64,000 nucleotides of DNA from Octopus sinensis (Eukaryota), in NCBI RefSeq assembly GCF_006345805.1, contig NC_043002.1, positions 44,144,001 through 44,208,000 on the forward strand, in the 5' to 3' direction. The notes beneath the pieces are model-generated. The model was not told where the DNA came from. It was given only the letters and a program-made list of their open reading frames with translations, and ran no database searches. The position numbers were made by a program, and so were the translations under genes. This document shows, one piece after another, positions 63,401 to 64,000 of this stretch (the stretch's first letter is position 1; each line of letters begins with the position of its first letter).

Positions 63401-64000
63401 TTTTTTTTCCAGTTCAATATTGGACAGAGCCAACACTTACGTCCACCTTGCAAAAACAGTCCCTCCTGCCTTGTTACTCCTTGGTAATCCACAGACACGA
63501 AGATAATTTTCGCAAAGAAATTAATTTTTGCGGAGGGGCTACGCCTCCTCAAAAACACAATTCTTACTGCAAAGTGAGTCTTTATAGGCGGCCACAGGCA
63601 GGCAAATGTCTGGAACAGAGTGGAGTCTATTACTCACCACAAAATATTAAATACAGGGCAACAAACTCCACTAAGCCCTCAAAACAATACAACAAACGCC
63701 TACCTGTAGTCGGGCCTCAAAGTTCAATATTTCACGACGAAAGACGTGACATCAAGCAGCAAGAACTCTCCGCCAAAAACAAACACGTCCGTCTCCGACA
63801 AAGGTTAGCAAGCTACTTTATTTCTTTTAAATTGTCATAAAGGCATTACACAGAGGGGACACTACAACACATGTGGGACATATAACGATTAAAAATAAAA
63901 TATGATATAATGAATGAACATGAAAATGCACATGAAGAACAAATTAAAATATGATAATATGAATGATATCTGAAAATGATATTATGAAGTGTGTGCTACT

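Overview
This is AT-rich, microsatellite-dense eukaryotic DNA. The SINE families and repeat style point to an octopus or other coleoid cephalopod; that is recognition, not a database result. The window is mostly intronic sequence of one large + strand gene. Eight GT-AG exons (3852-3947, 7791-8024, 18022-18142, 18830-19014, 28324-28596, 32303-32599, 49314-49477, 50031-50160; 1500 nt in total) splice in frame into five consecutive Ig domains that match Ig2-Ig6 of a contactin-family adhesion molecule. The 5' exons and the FnIII/GPI exons are not in the window. The introns hold four tRNA-derived SINE families, a near-full-length antisense RTE LINE, CR1-, L1/Tx1-, R4/Dong- and Penelope-like retroelement pieces, and Tc1/mariner, pogo, hAT and MITE remnants. 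The most interesting signals are: (i) two type I hammerhead-ribozyme folds in Penelope-type repeats, both with a CCGANGA core instead of CUGANGA and both with a copy on the pre-mRNA strand; (ii) a Penelope insertion with about 0.5-kb inverted arms; (iii) R4/Dong-like elements anchored in (TAA)n arrays, one of which is the tail of a CR1 element; (iv) a 253-bp local templated insertion; (v) a telomere-repeat patch inside a Tc1 transposase motif; (vi) inverted SINEs flanking a stop-free 570-nt two-exon cassette. All folds and alignments were done by eye, and boundaries of degenerate repeats are approximate.
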